Counted from the stretch's first letter, positions 10,144 to 19,352 are shown. The stretch: 64,000 bases of DNA from Thiobacillus sp. (GCA_046484355.1 JAWOJD010000083.1:8672-72671); one strand, 5' to 3'. The notes: generated from the letters alone by a model not told the origin. Program-made: numbers and translations.

Positions 10144-10910
10144 CCGATCACCTCGTTAACCCGCTGGCCACGGCCCGCCTGCTGCTGGCGATGGCGCAGC
10201 TGTGCCCGCATTTCCGGGCTGCCCTCGGCTTCACGGGCCTCAGACAGCACCTCCTGCCAGGTCATCGCATGGCGACGCAGATAGCGCCACCAGCGCCAGC
10301 CCGCGTCCAGCAAAACCGCCACGGTCAACGCTGCCGCCAGCGCCAGCATGCCGCGTCCCACCCAACTGCCGACTGCATTCAGCGCTTCGCCCGCGTGCCG
10401 ACCGGTCAACGCATCGAGGCCTGGCCAACCGCTTGCCAGGGCCCAGCCCGCCGCAGCGACAGCCAGCGCCAGTTTCAGCAATGCCAGCGAGCTGTCAAAC
10501 GCTGCATCAGCAGAAAACAAGCGGGAAAAAGGTCTGAAAGGATTCGCGCGGGTCAGGTCGGCCTGGGTCAGCCGGGGCGCATACACCCAACCCGAGAGCA
10601 GCATCGGCGCCACCAGCGCAGCCACGAAGATGGCAGCCAGAACCGGGAGCACGGCCCACAATGCCGCCTGTACGGCATCAATCGGCATCTGGGAGGATGG
10701 CTGCGCAGCGTGACCCAGAGCAGTCGCAACCAGGGATTGCATGGCATTGAGCAATTGCGGTGCCTGCCAACCCAGCACGGCCAGCGCCGTCAGCAACACC
10801 GCCCACCCCGCGAGTTCGGTCGAGCGCGGCACATCCCCCGCGCTGCGGGCCTGCTGGAGGCGGCGCGGGCTTGCCGGTTCAGTACGGGAAAGATCTGTCT
10901 CCTCGGCCAT
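10140..10910 (-). CDS. flhB: FlhB membrane domain only (C-terminal NPTH domain absent)
   Basis: 256 aa. FlhB-like N-terminus (EETDLSRTEPASPRRLQQARSAGDVPRSTEL), four TM helices and the linker (EVLSEAREAEGSPEMRAQLRHRQQQ). It then stops, overlapping the flhA start (ATGA). Confidence 0.75.
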   Translation of the reverse strand: MAEETDLSRTEPASPRRLQQARSAGDVPRSTELAGWAVLLTALAVLGWQAPQLLNAMQSLVATALGHAAQPSSQMPIDAVQAALWAVLPVLAAIFVAALVAPMLLSGWVYAPRLTQADLTRANPFRPFSRLFSADAAFDSSLALLKLALAVAAAGWALASGWPGLDALTGRHAGEALNAVGSWVGRGMLALAAALTVAVLLDAGWRWWRYLRRHAMTWQEVLSEAREAEGSPEMRAQLRHRQQQAGRGQRVNEVIG

Positions 10911-11087
10911 GCGTGTCTCGAGTTTTGGGGCAGTCTAGCACGAGGCTGGAGCGGTTTTTCCACGCAAGGCCAGCGAATACCCCAGCATCTGTAAACAGGC
11001 CTACCGGCAAGCTGGACTTGCGGAATACCGGGGATCCACTTCCATGGATGCCCAGACGAGCGTGTTCCGGACTTGAGGAGGAATCAA

Positions 11088-11333
11088 ATGGATTCAATCC
11101 AAGCACTCACCACCCTGCTGGGGTGGTGCACCGTTATCAACATAGGCGTGCTGCTTGTGGCAACGATTCTGCTGGTGGGACTGCGCAGCCAGATAATGCG
11201 GATTCATTCAGGGCTGTTTGGACTCGATCAGGCCGATCTGTCACGTGCCTATTTTCAGTATCTGGCGCAATACAAGACTGTCGTCGTCGTGTTCAACCTC
11301 GTCCCCTACCTATCACTGATGGTGATGGCTTGA
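11088..11333 (+). CDS. Small two-helix membrane protein (DUF6868-like, from memory)
   Basis: 81 aa from ATG 11088, preceded by GAGGAGG. Hydrophobic N- and C-terminal helices and a conserved-looking LSRAYFQYLAQYK core. Confidence 0.5.
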   Translation: MDSIQALTTLLGWCTVINIGVLLVATILLVGLRSQIMRIHSGLFGLDQADLSRAYFQYLAQYKTVVVVFNLVPYLSLMVMA

Positions 11334-11339
11334 GGGCAC

Positions 11340-11534
11340 TTAACTAACTTCGTCGATCCACGCCATCTGGATCGCTTCGAGGATTTTTTCGCCCGAATGC
11401 TCGGGATCGTCGTCAAATTCAGGCAGTTCCATCACCCAGCCGCGCAGGTCGGTGAACCGGATGGTTCTCGGGTCGATTTCCGGGTGAGCGTCAGCAAGTT
11501 CAATCGCGATGTCGAGGGAGTCGGTCCACTTCAT
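11340..11534 (-). CDS. iscX: Fe-S assembly protein IscX (YfhJ)
   Basis: 64 aa acidic protein starting MKWTDSLDIAIEL, last gene of the isc operon. Confidence 0.9.
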   Translation of the reverse strand: MKWTDSLDIAIELADAHPEIDPRTIRFTDLRGWVMELPEFDDDPEHSGEKILEAIQMAWIDEVS

Positions 11535-11535
11535 G

Positions 11536-11874
11536 TCAATGTCCTTCCTTCACCATATTGATGGTGTATTTCGGGATTTCGATCACCAGGTCGGTGTCTT
11601 TCACCCGCGCCTGGCACGATAGCCGGGACTGCGGCTCCAGCCCCCAGGCCTTGTCGAGCAGATCGTCCTCTTCTTCGGTGGACGCTTCCATCGAATTGAA
11701 GCCCTCCCGCACGATGACGTGACAGGTGGTGCAGGCGCACGATTTCTCGCACGCGTGTTCGATCTCGACGCCGCTGGCGAGCAGCGTATCGCAAATGGTG
11801 TCGCCAGACTTGGCTTCGATGACGGTGCCTTCTGGGCACAGTTCGACGTGGGGCAATACGATGATTTGGGGCAT
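11536..11874 (-). CDS. fdx: ISC-type [2Fe-2S] ferredoxin
   Basis: 112 aa. Cys ligands in CEKSCACTTCH and SRLSCQ. Position upstream of iscX. Confidence 0.95.
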   Translation of the reverse strand: MPQIIVLPHVELCPEGTVIEAKSGDTICDTLLASGVEIEHACEKSCACTTCHVIVREGFNSMEASTEEEDDLLDKAWGLEPQSRLSCQARVKDTDLVIEIPKYTINMVKEGH

Positions 11875-11904
11875 GATCTTCAGATTTGATTCAGAGGGTT
11901 GCAG

Positions 11905-12690
11905 TCAGGCAGCCAGAGATTGTTGAGAGGGCAAAGCGGCGAAGACGCCGTCCCAGAACTTGAGTCGGGCGTCGACAGCGGCTTTAGCAGCCGCCTCGGA
12001 TTCGTGCCATTTACCGACATCCTCGCCGCATAGCGCGGTCAGCAGACGCAGCGAAAGCGGCGCGTGAAAGTCTTCGTCCAGATGGACATGGCGATTAAGG
12101 TAATAATGAAAACTGCGTGCCTGGACTTCGGTCACCGCCATGCGCGCCAGGAAGGCACGAAACATCGACGGAATCACGTGTTCCCGGCCAAGCGCCAGTG
12201 CAGCGGCGACGGTGTGCGGCTTGCCGCTGTCGATGAATCCGAAGGTGGAACGGCTAAAGGCCTCTGACGGCGCGGGCGCAAGGCCGGCATCCAGCGCTTT
12301 GGAGATTCCTCGCTCAGCTACCGTGCGCACGAAGCGCTCGGGCGTGTCGGCGTCGGCACCGACCTCTCGCATCGCCTGAAGGTACAGTGCAAAATGGCTG
12401 GTATAGCCTTCGCTGCCCGGCAATGCCACGTCAGTTTCCTCTTCGAGCACCAGTTCGTTGATGAAACGCTGCACTGACGCATCACCGGTAGGCGTCCACG
12501 GCCAGCGAGCGGGAGCAACTTCGTGTTGCAGATACTTGATCAGCGACATGAAGTCCCACACCGAATAGACATGGTGCTGCATGAACACTCGAAGGTCGTC
12601 AAGCGTGGTAACTGCTGCGTAGATCGGATGGGCTTCGAGGCGCACCCGCAGGGCTTCGATGAAAGCGTCGTTCAACATAATGGGAGCCAC
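11905..12690 (-). CDS. DUF3050 family protein (haem-oxygenase-like fold) embedded in the isc operon
   Basis: About 257-261 aa (GTG 12690 right after the hscA stop, or ATG 12678). HPIYAAV…LRVFMQHHVYSVWDFMSLIKYLQ and FINELVLEEETD blocks match my memory of the DUF3050 consensus. Confidence 0.7.
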   Translation of the reverse strand: MAPIMLNDAFIEALRVRLEAHPIYAAVTTLDDLRVFMQHHVYSVWDFMSLIKYLQHEVAPARWPWTPTGDASVQRFINELVLEEETDVALPGSEGYTSHFALYLQAMREVGADADTPERFVRTVAERGISKALDAGLAPAPSEAFSRSTFGFIDSGKPHTVAAALALGREHVIPSMFRAFLARMAVTEVQARSFHYYLNRHVHLDEDFHAPLSLRLLTALCGEDVGKWHESEAAAKAAVDARLKFWDGVFAALPSQQSLAA

Positions 12691-14553
12691 TCAGCCAAAG
12701 GTCTCCAGTTTCTGGCCAGCCATCGCCCGGCGCACGTTCTGGTCCATGCGGCGCTGGGCAAACTCGGTGGTGGCCGCATTCAGTGCCTCGATGCCGCGTT
12801 TGATCGCCTGATGCTGGGTACCGCCCATCAGCTGTTCAAGCGCGGCCATGCTCTCCTCGATCGACGCGATCTCCGCCGCGTCAAGTAGTGCGCGATCTTC
12901 CTCCAGCGCCACCCGGGTAGCGGCGATCAGACCCTGCGCATCGACGATCTGTTCATTCAGCGCACGCGCGTACATGTCGTCCTTGGCGTGGGTGAACGCG
13001 TCCTTCAGCATGCGGGTGACATCGCCATCCGCCAGTCCGTACGAAGGCTTGACCTGCACGCTGGACTCGACGCCGGTGCTCTGCTCGCGCGCCGACACCG
13101 ACAGCAGGCCATCGGCATCGACCTGGAAGGTGACGCGGATGCGTGCCGCACCCGCGACCATCGGCGGGATGCCGCGCAATTCGAAGCGCGCCAGCGAGCG
13201 GCAGTCGGACGCGAGTTCGCGTTCGCCCTGCAGCACGTGCACGCTCATTGCAGTCTGGCCATCCTTGAATGTGGTGAACTCCTGCGCGCGCGCGGTAGGG
13301 ATCGTGGCGTTGCGCGGAATGACCTTTTCGGTCAACCCACCCATGGTTTCCAGTCCCAGCGACAGCGGAATCACGTCAAGCAGCAACCAGTCGTCGCCAG
13401 CCCGGTTTCCCGCCAGCACGTCGGCCTGCGTGGCCGCGCCCAGCGCCACGACCTTGTCGGGATTGAGGTTGGTCAGCGGAGTCTGCTTGAAGAAATTGGC
13501 CACGGCATGATGCACGCAGGGCATGCGGGTGGAACCGCCCACCATCACCACGCCCTTGATATCTTCCACCGTGAGGTCTGCATCCCGCAGCGCCTTGCGC
13601 GTGGGCGTCAGCGTCTTGCTGACGAGGCCAGCCGTCATGGCATTGAAGGCCGTCTGGGTCAGCGTGGCATCCATCATTTCGCCAGTCGACAACACGGCGG
13701 TGACGCGCACCTCGGAATGCTCGGTCAACGATTCCTTGGCGTCACGCGCCTTGGTCAGCAACAGGCGGGCGTCGCCTGCCGACAAGGGCGCAAAGCGGCC
13801 CTGCTCGAGCATCCAGCAAAAGATGCGCTGATCAAAGTCGTCGCCCCCCAGCGCCGAGTCGCCGTTGGTGGCCAGCACCTCGAACACGCCCTTGGAAAGC
13901 CGCAGAATCGAGATGTCAAAGGTGCCGCCACCCAGGTCATAGACGGCGTAAACCCCTTCTGATGCGTTATCGAGACCGTATGCAATTGCAGCTGCGGTAG
14001 GTTCGTTCAAGAGGCGCAGCACGTTCAGGCCGGCCAGCTGCGCGGCATCCTTGGTGGCCTGTCGCTGGGCATCGTCAAAATACGCGGGAACGGTGATCAC
14101 GGCACCGACGAGTTCGCCGCCTAGGGCGGCTTCAGCACGCTGGCGCAGGACTTTCAGAATCTCGGCCGAGACCTCGACCGGGCTCTTCACACCGGCAGCG
14201 GTCTTGATCTGCACCATGCCGGGCGCATCGACAAAACGGTATGGCAGGCTTGCACTGTCGATGATATCGGCGATTCCGCGTCCCATAAAGCGCTTTGCCG
14301 AGACGATCGTGTTGTGTGGATCGTCGTTGAGCGCAGCCTGTGCAGAAAAGCCCACTTCCACCTCGCCGCTGGCGCGGTAACGCACCACCGACGGCAGCAA
14401 CGAATGCCCTTCCTGGTCGTCCAGCACCACGGCAAGCCCCGAACGCACGGTGGCGACCAGTGAATTGGTCGTGCCCAGATCAATGCCCACCGCCAGACGA
14501 TGCTGGTGGGGGGCAGTAGACATGCCAGGTTCAGCAATTTGCAGTAGGGCCAT
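12691..14553 (-). CDS. hscA: Fe-S cluster assembly Hsp70 chaperone HscA
   Basis: 620 aa with Hsp70 signatures ([20 protein letters not shown]). Confidence 0.97.
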   Translation of the reverse strand: MALLQIAEPGMSTAPHQHRLAVGIDLGTTNSLVATVRSGLAVVLDDQEGHSLLPSVVRYRASGEVEVGFSAQAALNDDPHNTIVSAKRFMGRGIADIIDSASLPYRFVDAPGMVQIKTAAGVKSPVEVSAEILKVLRQRAEAALGGELVGAVITVPAYFDDAQRQATKDAAQLAGLNVLRLLNEPTAAAIAYGLDNASEGVYAVYDLGGGTFDISILRLSKGVFEVLATNGDSALGGDDFDQRIFCWMLEQGRFAPLSAGDARLLLTKARDAKESLTEHSEVRVTAVLSTGEMMDATLTQTAFNAMTAGLVSKTLTPTRKALRDADLTVEDIKGVVMVGGSTRMPCVHHAVANFFKQTPLTNLNPDKVVALGAATQADVLAGNRAGDDWLLLDVIPLSLGLETMGGLTEKVIPRNATIPTARAQEFTTFKDGQTAMSVHVLQGERELASDCRSLARFELRGIPPMVAGAARIRVTFQVDADGLLSVSAREQSTGVESSVQVKPSYGLADGDVTRMLKDAFTHAKDDMYARALNEQIVDAQGLIAATRVALEEDRALLDAAEIASIEESMAALEQLMGGTQHQAIKRGIEALNAATTEFAQRRMDQNVRRAMAGQKLETFG

Positions 14554-14557
14554 GGTT

Positions 14558-15085
14558 CTAGTCTTCCAGTTCTTCGTAGACGTCGCCCACTTCGGCGATC
14601 AGCTTGTCCATGAATCGCAGCTGGCGTACGGCTTCGGAAGCCGCTTCAAAATCATGTGCAGTGTCGATCAGTTCAGCCAAGTGCGATTCAATAGTGCGAT
14701 GCGCGGCGCGCAGCTCATCGGTCAGGCTATCCAATGCGGCTGCGCTTTTGTTGGCACGGGCCGCCTCAATCGCCTCGCGCCATTCCATCTGCTGCATCAA
14801 AAAAACAGGCGCCATCTTGGTATTGTTGGCGTCCAGCGCATCGATGCCCTGAAGCCGCAACAAATATACGCCGCGATTTACAGGGTGCTTGAGGGTTTGA
14901 TAGGCCTCGTTCGCCTGTGTGGCCCACTGCATCGCCACCCGCTGTTCGGCTTCCGGCTTGGCGGCGAAACGGTCAGGATGCACTGCGCCCTGCATCTCGC
15001 GATACGCGGCATCCAGCCGCTCCCGGTCCAGCGCATACGATTGCGGCAGACCGAATAGATCGAAGTGGTTCTGGTTGAAATCCAT
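14558..15085 (-). CDS. hscB: Fe-S cluster co-chaperone HscB (J-domain)
   Basis: 175 aa with a J-domain HPD motif (VHPDRF). Confidence 0.93.
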   Translation of the reverse strand: MDFNQNHFDLFGLPQSYALDRERLDAAYREMQGAVHPDRFAAKPEAEQRVAMQWATQANEAYQTLKHPVNRGVYLLRLQGIDALDANNTKMAPVFLMQQMEWREAIEAARANKSAAALDSLTDELRAAHRTIESHLAELIDTAHDFEAASEAVRQLRFMDKLIAEVGDVYEELED

Positions 15086-15096
15086 GGATAGGGGCC

Positions 15097-15203
15097 GGGA
15101 TTCAGGATTCAGGATTCAGGTGAATTTGTTGCTGCGCGTTTTAATCGAGGCGCAGACAGGCCCGCACACAAAACCTGGCCCTGGCCCCTGAATCCTGATC
15201 CCT
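15097..15203. repeat. Intergenic structured element between iscA and hscB
   Basis: (GGATTCA)x3 at 15097-15120 can pair with CCTGAATCCTGATCCC at 15188-15203. An inner hairpin CTGCGC-n12-GCGCAG lies at 15132-15155. Confidence 0.6.
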
Positions 15204-15207
15204 GCAA

Positions 15208-15531
15208 TCAAACGTTGAACGATTCGCCGCAACCGCACTCGTTTTTCACGTTCGGGTTGTTGAACTTGAAGCCTTCGTTCAGGCCTTCGCGCGCATAGTC
15301 GAGCTCGGTGCCGTCGATGTAAGCCAGGCTCTTCGGATCGACAAACACGGTCACACCGTGACTGGTGAATACCTCGTCGCCTTCGGGCGCCTCATCGGCA
15401 AACTCCAGCTTGTACGCCATGCCTGAGCAGCCGGTCGTGCGCACGCCCAAACGGATCCCGACGCCACTGCCGCGCTTGGCCAGAAAGTTGGTGATGTGTT
15501 GCGCTGCGCGCTCGGACAGGGTGACCGCCAT
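15208..15531 (-). CDS. iscA: Fe-S cluster insertion protein IscA
   Basis: 107 aa, A-type carrier with C-terminal CGCGESF. Confidence 0.95.
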   Translation of the reverse strand: MAVTLSERAAQHITNFLAKRGSGVGIRLGVRTTGCSGMAYKLEFADEAPEGDEVFTSHGVTVFVDPKSLAYIDGTELDYAREGLNEGFKFNNPNVKNECGCGESFNV

Positions 15532-15534
15532 GGG

Positions 15535-15921
15535 TTATTCCAGACCTTTTTTCTGCTTGTAGTCGCTCACGGCGGCCTTGATCGCATCTTCGGCCAGGAT
15601 CGAGCAATGGATCTTGACCGGCGGCAACGCGAGTTCCTCGGCAATCGTCGTGTTCTTGATTTCCAGGGCCTGATCGAGTGTCTTGCCCTTGACCCATTCA
15701 GTCACCAGCGACGACGACGCGATAGCCGAACCGCAGCCGTAGGTCTTGAACTTGGCATCTTCGATCAGGCCATCCGCGCCGACCTTGATCTGCAGCTTCA
15801 TCACGTCGCCGCAGGCGGGCGCGCCCACCATGCCCGTGCCGACGCCTTCGTCGTCCTTGGTGAACGATCCGACGTTGCGGGGGTTTTCGTAATGGTCGAG
15901 TACTTTATCGCTGTAGGACAT
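15535..15921 (-). CDS. iscU: Fe-S cluster scaffold IscU
   Basis: 128 aa with GAPACGD, YGCGSAIASSS and LPPVKIHCS motifs. Confidence 0.97.
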   Translation of the reverse strand: MSYSDKVLDHYENPRNVGSFTKDDEGVGTGMVGAPACGDVMKLQIKVGADGLIEDAKFKTYGCGSAIASSSLVTEWVKGKTLDQALEIKNTTIAEELALPPVKIHCSILAEDAIKAAVSDYKQKKGLE

Positions 15922-15974
15922 GGTGTTCTCCTTGCTTCATTTTCCATTGCAGCCCACCGGCTGCATTCAATTAA

Positions 15975-17183
15975 TCAATGCGCAGCCCACTGCACGGTGT
16001 TCAGGTCGACGCCTTCCTTGAACATTTCCCACAAGGGGGAAAGCTCGCGCAACTTGCCGATTTTCTCGTGCAGCAGCTTGATGGCGTAATCGACTTCTTC
16101 CTCGGTGGTGAAGCGGCCAATCGAAAAGCGGATCGAGCTGTGCGCCAGTTCGTCGCTGCGGCCCAGTGCGCGCAGAACGTAGGACGGCTCCAGGCTGGCC
16201 GAAGTGCAGGCGGAACCGGACGATACAGCCAGATCCTTGATCGCCATGATCAGCGATTCGCCTTCGACGAAGTTGAAGCTGACGTTGAGATTGTGCGGCA
16301 CGCGCCGTTCCAGGTCGCCGTTCAGGTGCACTTCCTCGATGTCCTTGAGGCCATTGTAGAGGCGGTCGCGCAGCATGCGGATGCGCTCGTTCTCAGTCGC
16401 CATTTCCTCCTTGGCGACGCGGAAGGCTTCGCCCATGCCTACGATCTGGTGCGTGGCCAGGGTGCCTGAGCGCATGCCGCGCTCGTGGCCGCCGCCGTGC
16501 ATCTGCGCTTCGAGGCGAATACGCGGCTTGCGACGCACGTACAGCGCGCCGATGCCCTTGGGACCGTATATCTTGTGCGCCGAGAACGACATCAGGTCGA
16601 CCGGCAGTTTGGACAAATCGATCGGCATCTTGCCGGCAGCCTGCGCCGCATCGACGTGAAAAATCACGCCCTTTTCACGACAGAGTTTGCCAATCGCCTC
16701 GAGGTCCTGAATCACCCCGATTTCGTTATTGACCGCCATCACCGAGACCAGCACGGTGTCGGGGCGAATTGCCGCGCGCAGTACCTCCAGATCCAGCAGG
16801 CCGTTTTCCTGCACGTTCAGATACGTAGCTTCGAAACCCTGGCGTTCCATTTCACGGACAGTGTCGAGCACGGCCTTATGCTCGGTGCGCAAGGTGATGA
16901 TGTGCTTGCCCTTGGTGCCCGCATAAAAATGCCCGGCGCCCTTGATGGCGAGGTTGTTCGATTCGGTTGCACCCGAGGTGAACACGATCTCCTTGGGATT
17001 GGCGCCCACCAGTGCGGCCACATGTTCGCGCGCTTCTTCGACGGCCTTTTCCGCCGTCCAGCCATAAGGATGCGAGCGCGACGCCGGATTGCCGAAGTTC
17101 TCGGTCAAATAAGGGATCATTTTCTCAGCCACGCGCGGATCGACCGGGGTCGTTGCCGAGTAATCAAAATACAATGTTTTCAT
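15975..17183 (-). CDS. iscS: Cysteine desulfurase IscS
   Basis: 402 aa with the PLP lysine context [12 protein letters not shown] and active-site loop SSGSACTS. Confidence 0.97.
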   Translation of the reverse strand: MKTLYFDYSATTPVDPRVAEKMIPYLTENFGNPASRSHPYGWTAEKAVEEAREHVAALVGANPKEIVFTSGATESNNLAIKGAGHFYAGTKGKHIITLRTEHKAVLDTVREMERQGFEATYLNVQENGLLDLEVLRAAIRPDTVLVSVMAVNNEIGVIQDLEAIGKLCREKGVIFHVDAAQAAGKMPIDLSKLPVDLMSFSAHKIYGPKGIGALYVRRKPRIRLEAQMHGGGHERGMRSGTLATHQIVGMGEAFRVAKEEMATENERIRMLRDRLYNGLKDIEEVHLNGDLERRVPHNLNVSFNFVEGESLIMAIKDLAVSSGSACTSASLEPSYVLRALGRSDELAHSSIRFSIGRFTTEEEVDYAIKLLHEKIGKLRELSPLWEMFKEGVDLNTVQWAAH

Positions 17184-17211
17184 AAAGTTGCCCTTACTTT
17201 TTAAACTAATT

Positions 17212-17673
17212 TCATGCTGCCAGCGTCAGCTTCGAGGTACGCTGGTCGCGCATGACCTTCTCTTTGCATTCATGCTGCTTGGCCACCAGCGAGGCCAGCG
17301 TCACATTGTCCAGAAAATCATAGATATGGGCGTTCAGTCCGGTCCACAAGTCGTGGGTCAGGCAACGGTGGTCATCGTGGCAATTTTCCTTGCCGCCACA
17401 CTGGGTAGCATCAATCGGCTCGTCGACCGCGCGAATGATATCCGCAACGCTCACATCATCAAGCGAACGCGCCAGATAATAGCCACCGCCGGGGCCGCGA
17501 ACGCTTTCCACCAGTTCGTGTCGACGCAGCCGGCTGAACAACTGCTCGAGATACGACAGGGAAATATCCTGACGTTCGCTGATACCTGCAAGCGTCACCG
17601 GGTTCTTGCCGCCGCGCAGCGCAAGATCCAGCATGGCTGTGACCGCGAAGCGGCCTTTGGTGGTCAACCTCAT
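17212..17673 (-). CDS. iscR: Fe-S cluster regulator IscR (Rrf2 family)
   Basis: 153 aa starting [18 protein letters not shown], with a three-Cys cluster region ([13 protein letters not shown]). Confidence 0.93.
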   Translation of the reverse strand: MRLTTKGRFAVTAMLDLALRGGKNPVTLAGISERQDISLSYLEQLFSRLRRHELVESVRGPGGGYYLARSLDDVSVADIIRAVDEPIDATQCGGKENCHDDHRCLTHDLWTGLNAHIYDFLDNVTLASLVAKQHECKEKVMRDQRTSKLTLAA

Positions 17674-17707
17674 ATCGTCTTCTCCTGAGTGATGCCCGAA
17701 CTATAAA

Positions 17708-17732
17708 ATTCCCGAGCATTTCAGTCAACTAT
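17708..17732 (-). promoter_or_regulatory. IscR type-1 box B overlapping the iscR promoter
   Basis: Minus strand reads ATAGTTGACTGAAATGCTCGGGAAT. By hand count it matches 22/25 of the remembered consensus ATASYYGACTRWWWYAGTCRRSTAT. A TATAGT -10-like hexamer and an AGGAGA RBS follow before ATG 17673. Confidence 0.6.
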
Positions 17733-17735
17733 TAC

Positions 17736-17760
17736 TTATCCTAGTATTCTAGTCAACTAT
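17736..17760 (-). promoter_or_regulatory. IscR type-1 box A
   Basis: Minus strand reads ATAGTTGACTAGAATACTAGGATAA (20/25 by hand), 3 nt upstream of box B. Overlaps the cysE stop codon. Confidence 0.5.
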
Positions 17761-18501
17761 TTTGTTCAAATAGTTCGGGTCGAAATCGTCAGGCTGGTCC
17801 GCCGGCATGTCCACGCCAAGCTTCTGTAACTGCGCCAGAATCAGGTCCAGGCGCTCGTCGATGTGCGACGAGTGGTCGATCAGTCCGTGAACGGCCTTGA
17901 CCATGGGGTCGTTCATGTCAGCCGAGATAGCATAGGCCGAAAACCCGAGCTTTTCCGCTTGCTGGTTGCGCTGCTTTTCAGCCGAGCTGTCCAGAATGCG
18001 TGCCGGTATGCCCACTGCCGTTGCGTCAGCCGGCACGTCCTTCACGACCACCGCATTGGAACCCACCCGCGCGTTTGGGCCGATCGTGATCGGGCCGAGA
18101 ATCTTGGCGCCCGCCCCCACCACCACGCCGGGCATCAGCGTGGGGTGACGCTTGCCCTTGTTCCACGACGTGCCGCCGAGGGTGACGCCGTGATACAGCG
18201 TGCAGTCATCGCCGATTTCAGATGTTTCGCCCACCACCACGCCCATGCCGTGGTCAATGAATACCCGACGGCCAATGGTCGCGCCAGGGTGAATCTCAAT
18301 GCCGGTTAGCCAGCGTCCGATATGCGAGACGAACCGCGCAAGCCACTTCAGCTCCAACCCCCACAGCCGGTGAGAAAGCCGGTGGATGAGCATGGCGTGA
18401 AAGCCGGGATAGGTGGTGACGACTTCGAACGTCGAGCGCGCTGCCGGGTCGCGGTCGAACACGACAGCAATGTCTTCCTTGAGTTGGCTGATCAGATTCA
18501 T
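17749..18501 (-). CDS. cysE: Serine O-acetyltransferase
   Basis: 250 aa with DRDPAARS, an IHPGATIG hexapeptide repeat region and [14 protein letters not shown]. Confidence 0.93.
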   Translation of the reverse strand: MNLISQLKEDIAVVFDRDPAARSTFEVVTTYPGFHAMLIHRLSHRLWGLELKWLARFVSHIGRWLTGIEIHPGATIGRRVFIDHGMGVVVGETSEIGDDCTLYHGVTLGGTSWNKGKRHPTLMPGVVVGAGAKILGPITIGPNARVGSNAVVVKDVPADATAVGIPARILDSSAEKQRNQQAEKLGFSAYAISADMNDPMVKAVHGLIDHSSHIDERLDLILAQLQKLGVDMPADQPDDFDPNYLNKIVD

Positions 18502-18515
18502 GCTTCGAGAATGCT

Positions 18516-18540
18516 TTTTCCGAGTGATTTAGTCAACTAT
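18516..18540 (-). promoter_or_regulatory. Third IscR-box-like motif, immediately upstream of cysE
   Basis: Minus strand reads ATAGTTGACTAAATCACTCGGAAAA (21/25 by hand). It ends 15 nt before the cysE ATG and overlaps the trmJ stop. Confidence 0.4.
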
Positions 18541-19304
18541 TCCGCTGCGCGGTTCCGCGCCTGGTTGGCAGCCTGCTTGGCCTTCTGCGCTGCGGTCAGG
18601 ATTCCGCGCAGAATGTTCACTTCCTCCTGCGCCAGCCGGGTGCGCGCAAACAGCCATCGCAGTTTGAGCATCAGCTTGCCGGGGGAGCCAAGATTGAGGA
18701 ATTCCAGTTCGGTGAGCGCGGTTTCCATGTGCACGTAGAACCGCTCGACGTCGTCGAGCGGAGCCGCCTCGACAACGGGCTGCGGCCACGACGGGTGCTG
18801 CAGCCAGTTCTGGCGGATTTCGTAACACAGCACCTGAACTGCCGCCGCCAGATTCAGCGAACTGTATTCCGGGTTGGCGGCTATCGTCACCAGCCCTTGG
18901 CACAGGCTCAGCTCCTCGTTCGACAACCCGCTGGTTTCGTTGCCGAATACCAGCGCCACCGGTGCAGTCTGCGCTTCGGTCAACAAGCGAACGGCCGATT
19001 CGGGCGGCGTCAGCACCTCGGCCACGATATCGCGTCGTCGCGCCGACACGCCCAGCGCCAGGGTCGTGTCGGCCAGCGCTTCGGCCAGCGTCGAGCAGAC
19101 GCGCGCCTGCGCCAGCACATCGCCCGCGCTCGCAGCCATCGCATCGGCCTGGCTGTTGGGATAAACGGCGGGGGCGACGAGCACAAGCTGAGACAGCCCC
19201 ATCGTCTTCATGGCCCGCGCCGCCGCGCCAATATTGCCGGGGTGGCTGGGGCGTGCCAGAACAATACGAATATTGGCGAGAAGTTTCGGGTCAGAAGGCG
19301 TCAT
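18537..19304 (-). CDS. trmJ: tRNA (cytidine/uridine-2'-O)-methyltransferase TrmJ (SpoU family)
   Basis: 255 aa with IRIVLARPSHPGNIGAAARAMKTMG and LVFGNETSGLS. Conserved neighbour of suhB and the isc operon. Confidence 0.85.
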   Translation of the reverse strand: MTPSDPKLLANIRIVLARPSHPGNIGAAARAMKTMGLSQLVLVAPAVYPNSQADAMAASAGDVLAQARVCSTLAEALADTTLALGVSARRRDIVAEVLTPPESAVRLLTEAQTAPVALVFGNETSGLSNEELSLCQGLVTIAANPEYSSLNLAAAVQVLCYEIRQNWLQHPSWPQPVVEAAPLDDVERFYVHMETALTELEFLNLGSPGKLMLKLRWLFARTRLAQEEVNILRGILTAAQKAKQAANQARNRAAE

Positions 19305-19352
19305 ACATCAAGTAAAATGCGGGTTCGATCTTTTAATCCGTAGCCAGACATC

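Noticed and set aside
7738-10284. Very long ORFs on the strand opposite to well-supported genes. Examples: 848 aa at 7738-10284 antisense to flhF/flhA, 391 aa at 20044-21219 antisense to mutS, 611 aa at 50591-52426 antisense to carB, and 537 and 666 aa at 60339-63744.
   Set aside because: Their translations are R/H/Q/G/A-rich low-complexity strings with no recognisable motifs. Each lies entirely opposite a gene with strong family signatures. Such shadow ORFs are expected in GC-rich DNA where stop codons are rare.
10911-11087. Searched the region upstream of flhB for sigma-54 (TGGCAC-N5-TTGCW) or sigma-28 (TAAA-N15-GCCGATAA) promoters.
   Set aside because: I found only weak partial matches by eye. 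No promoter is claimed.
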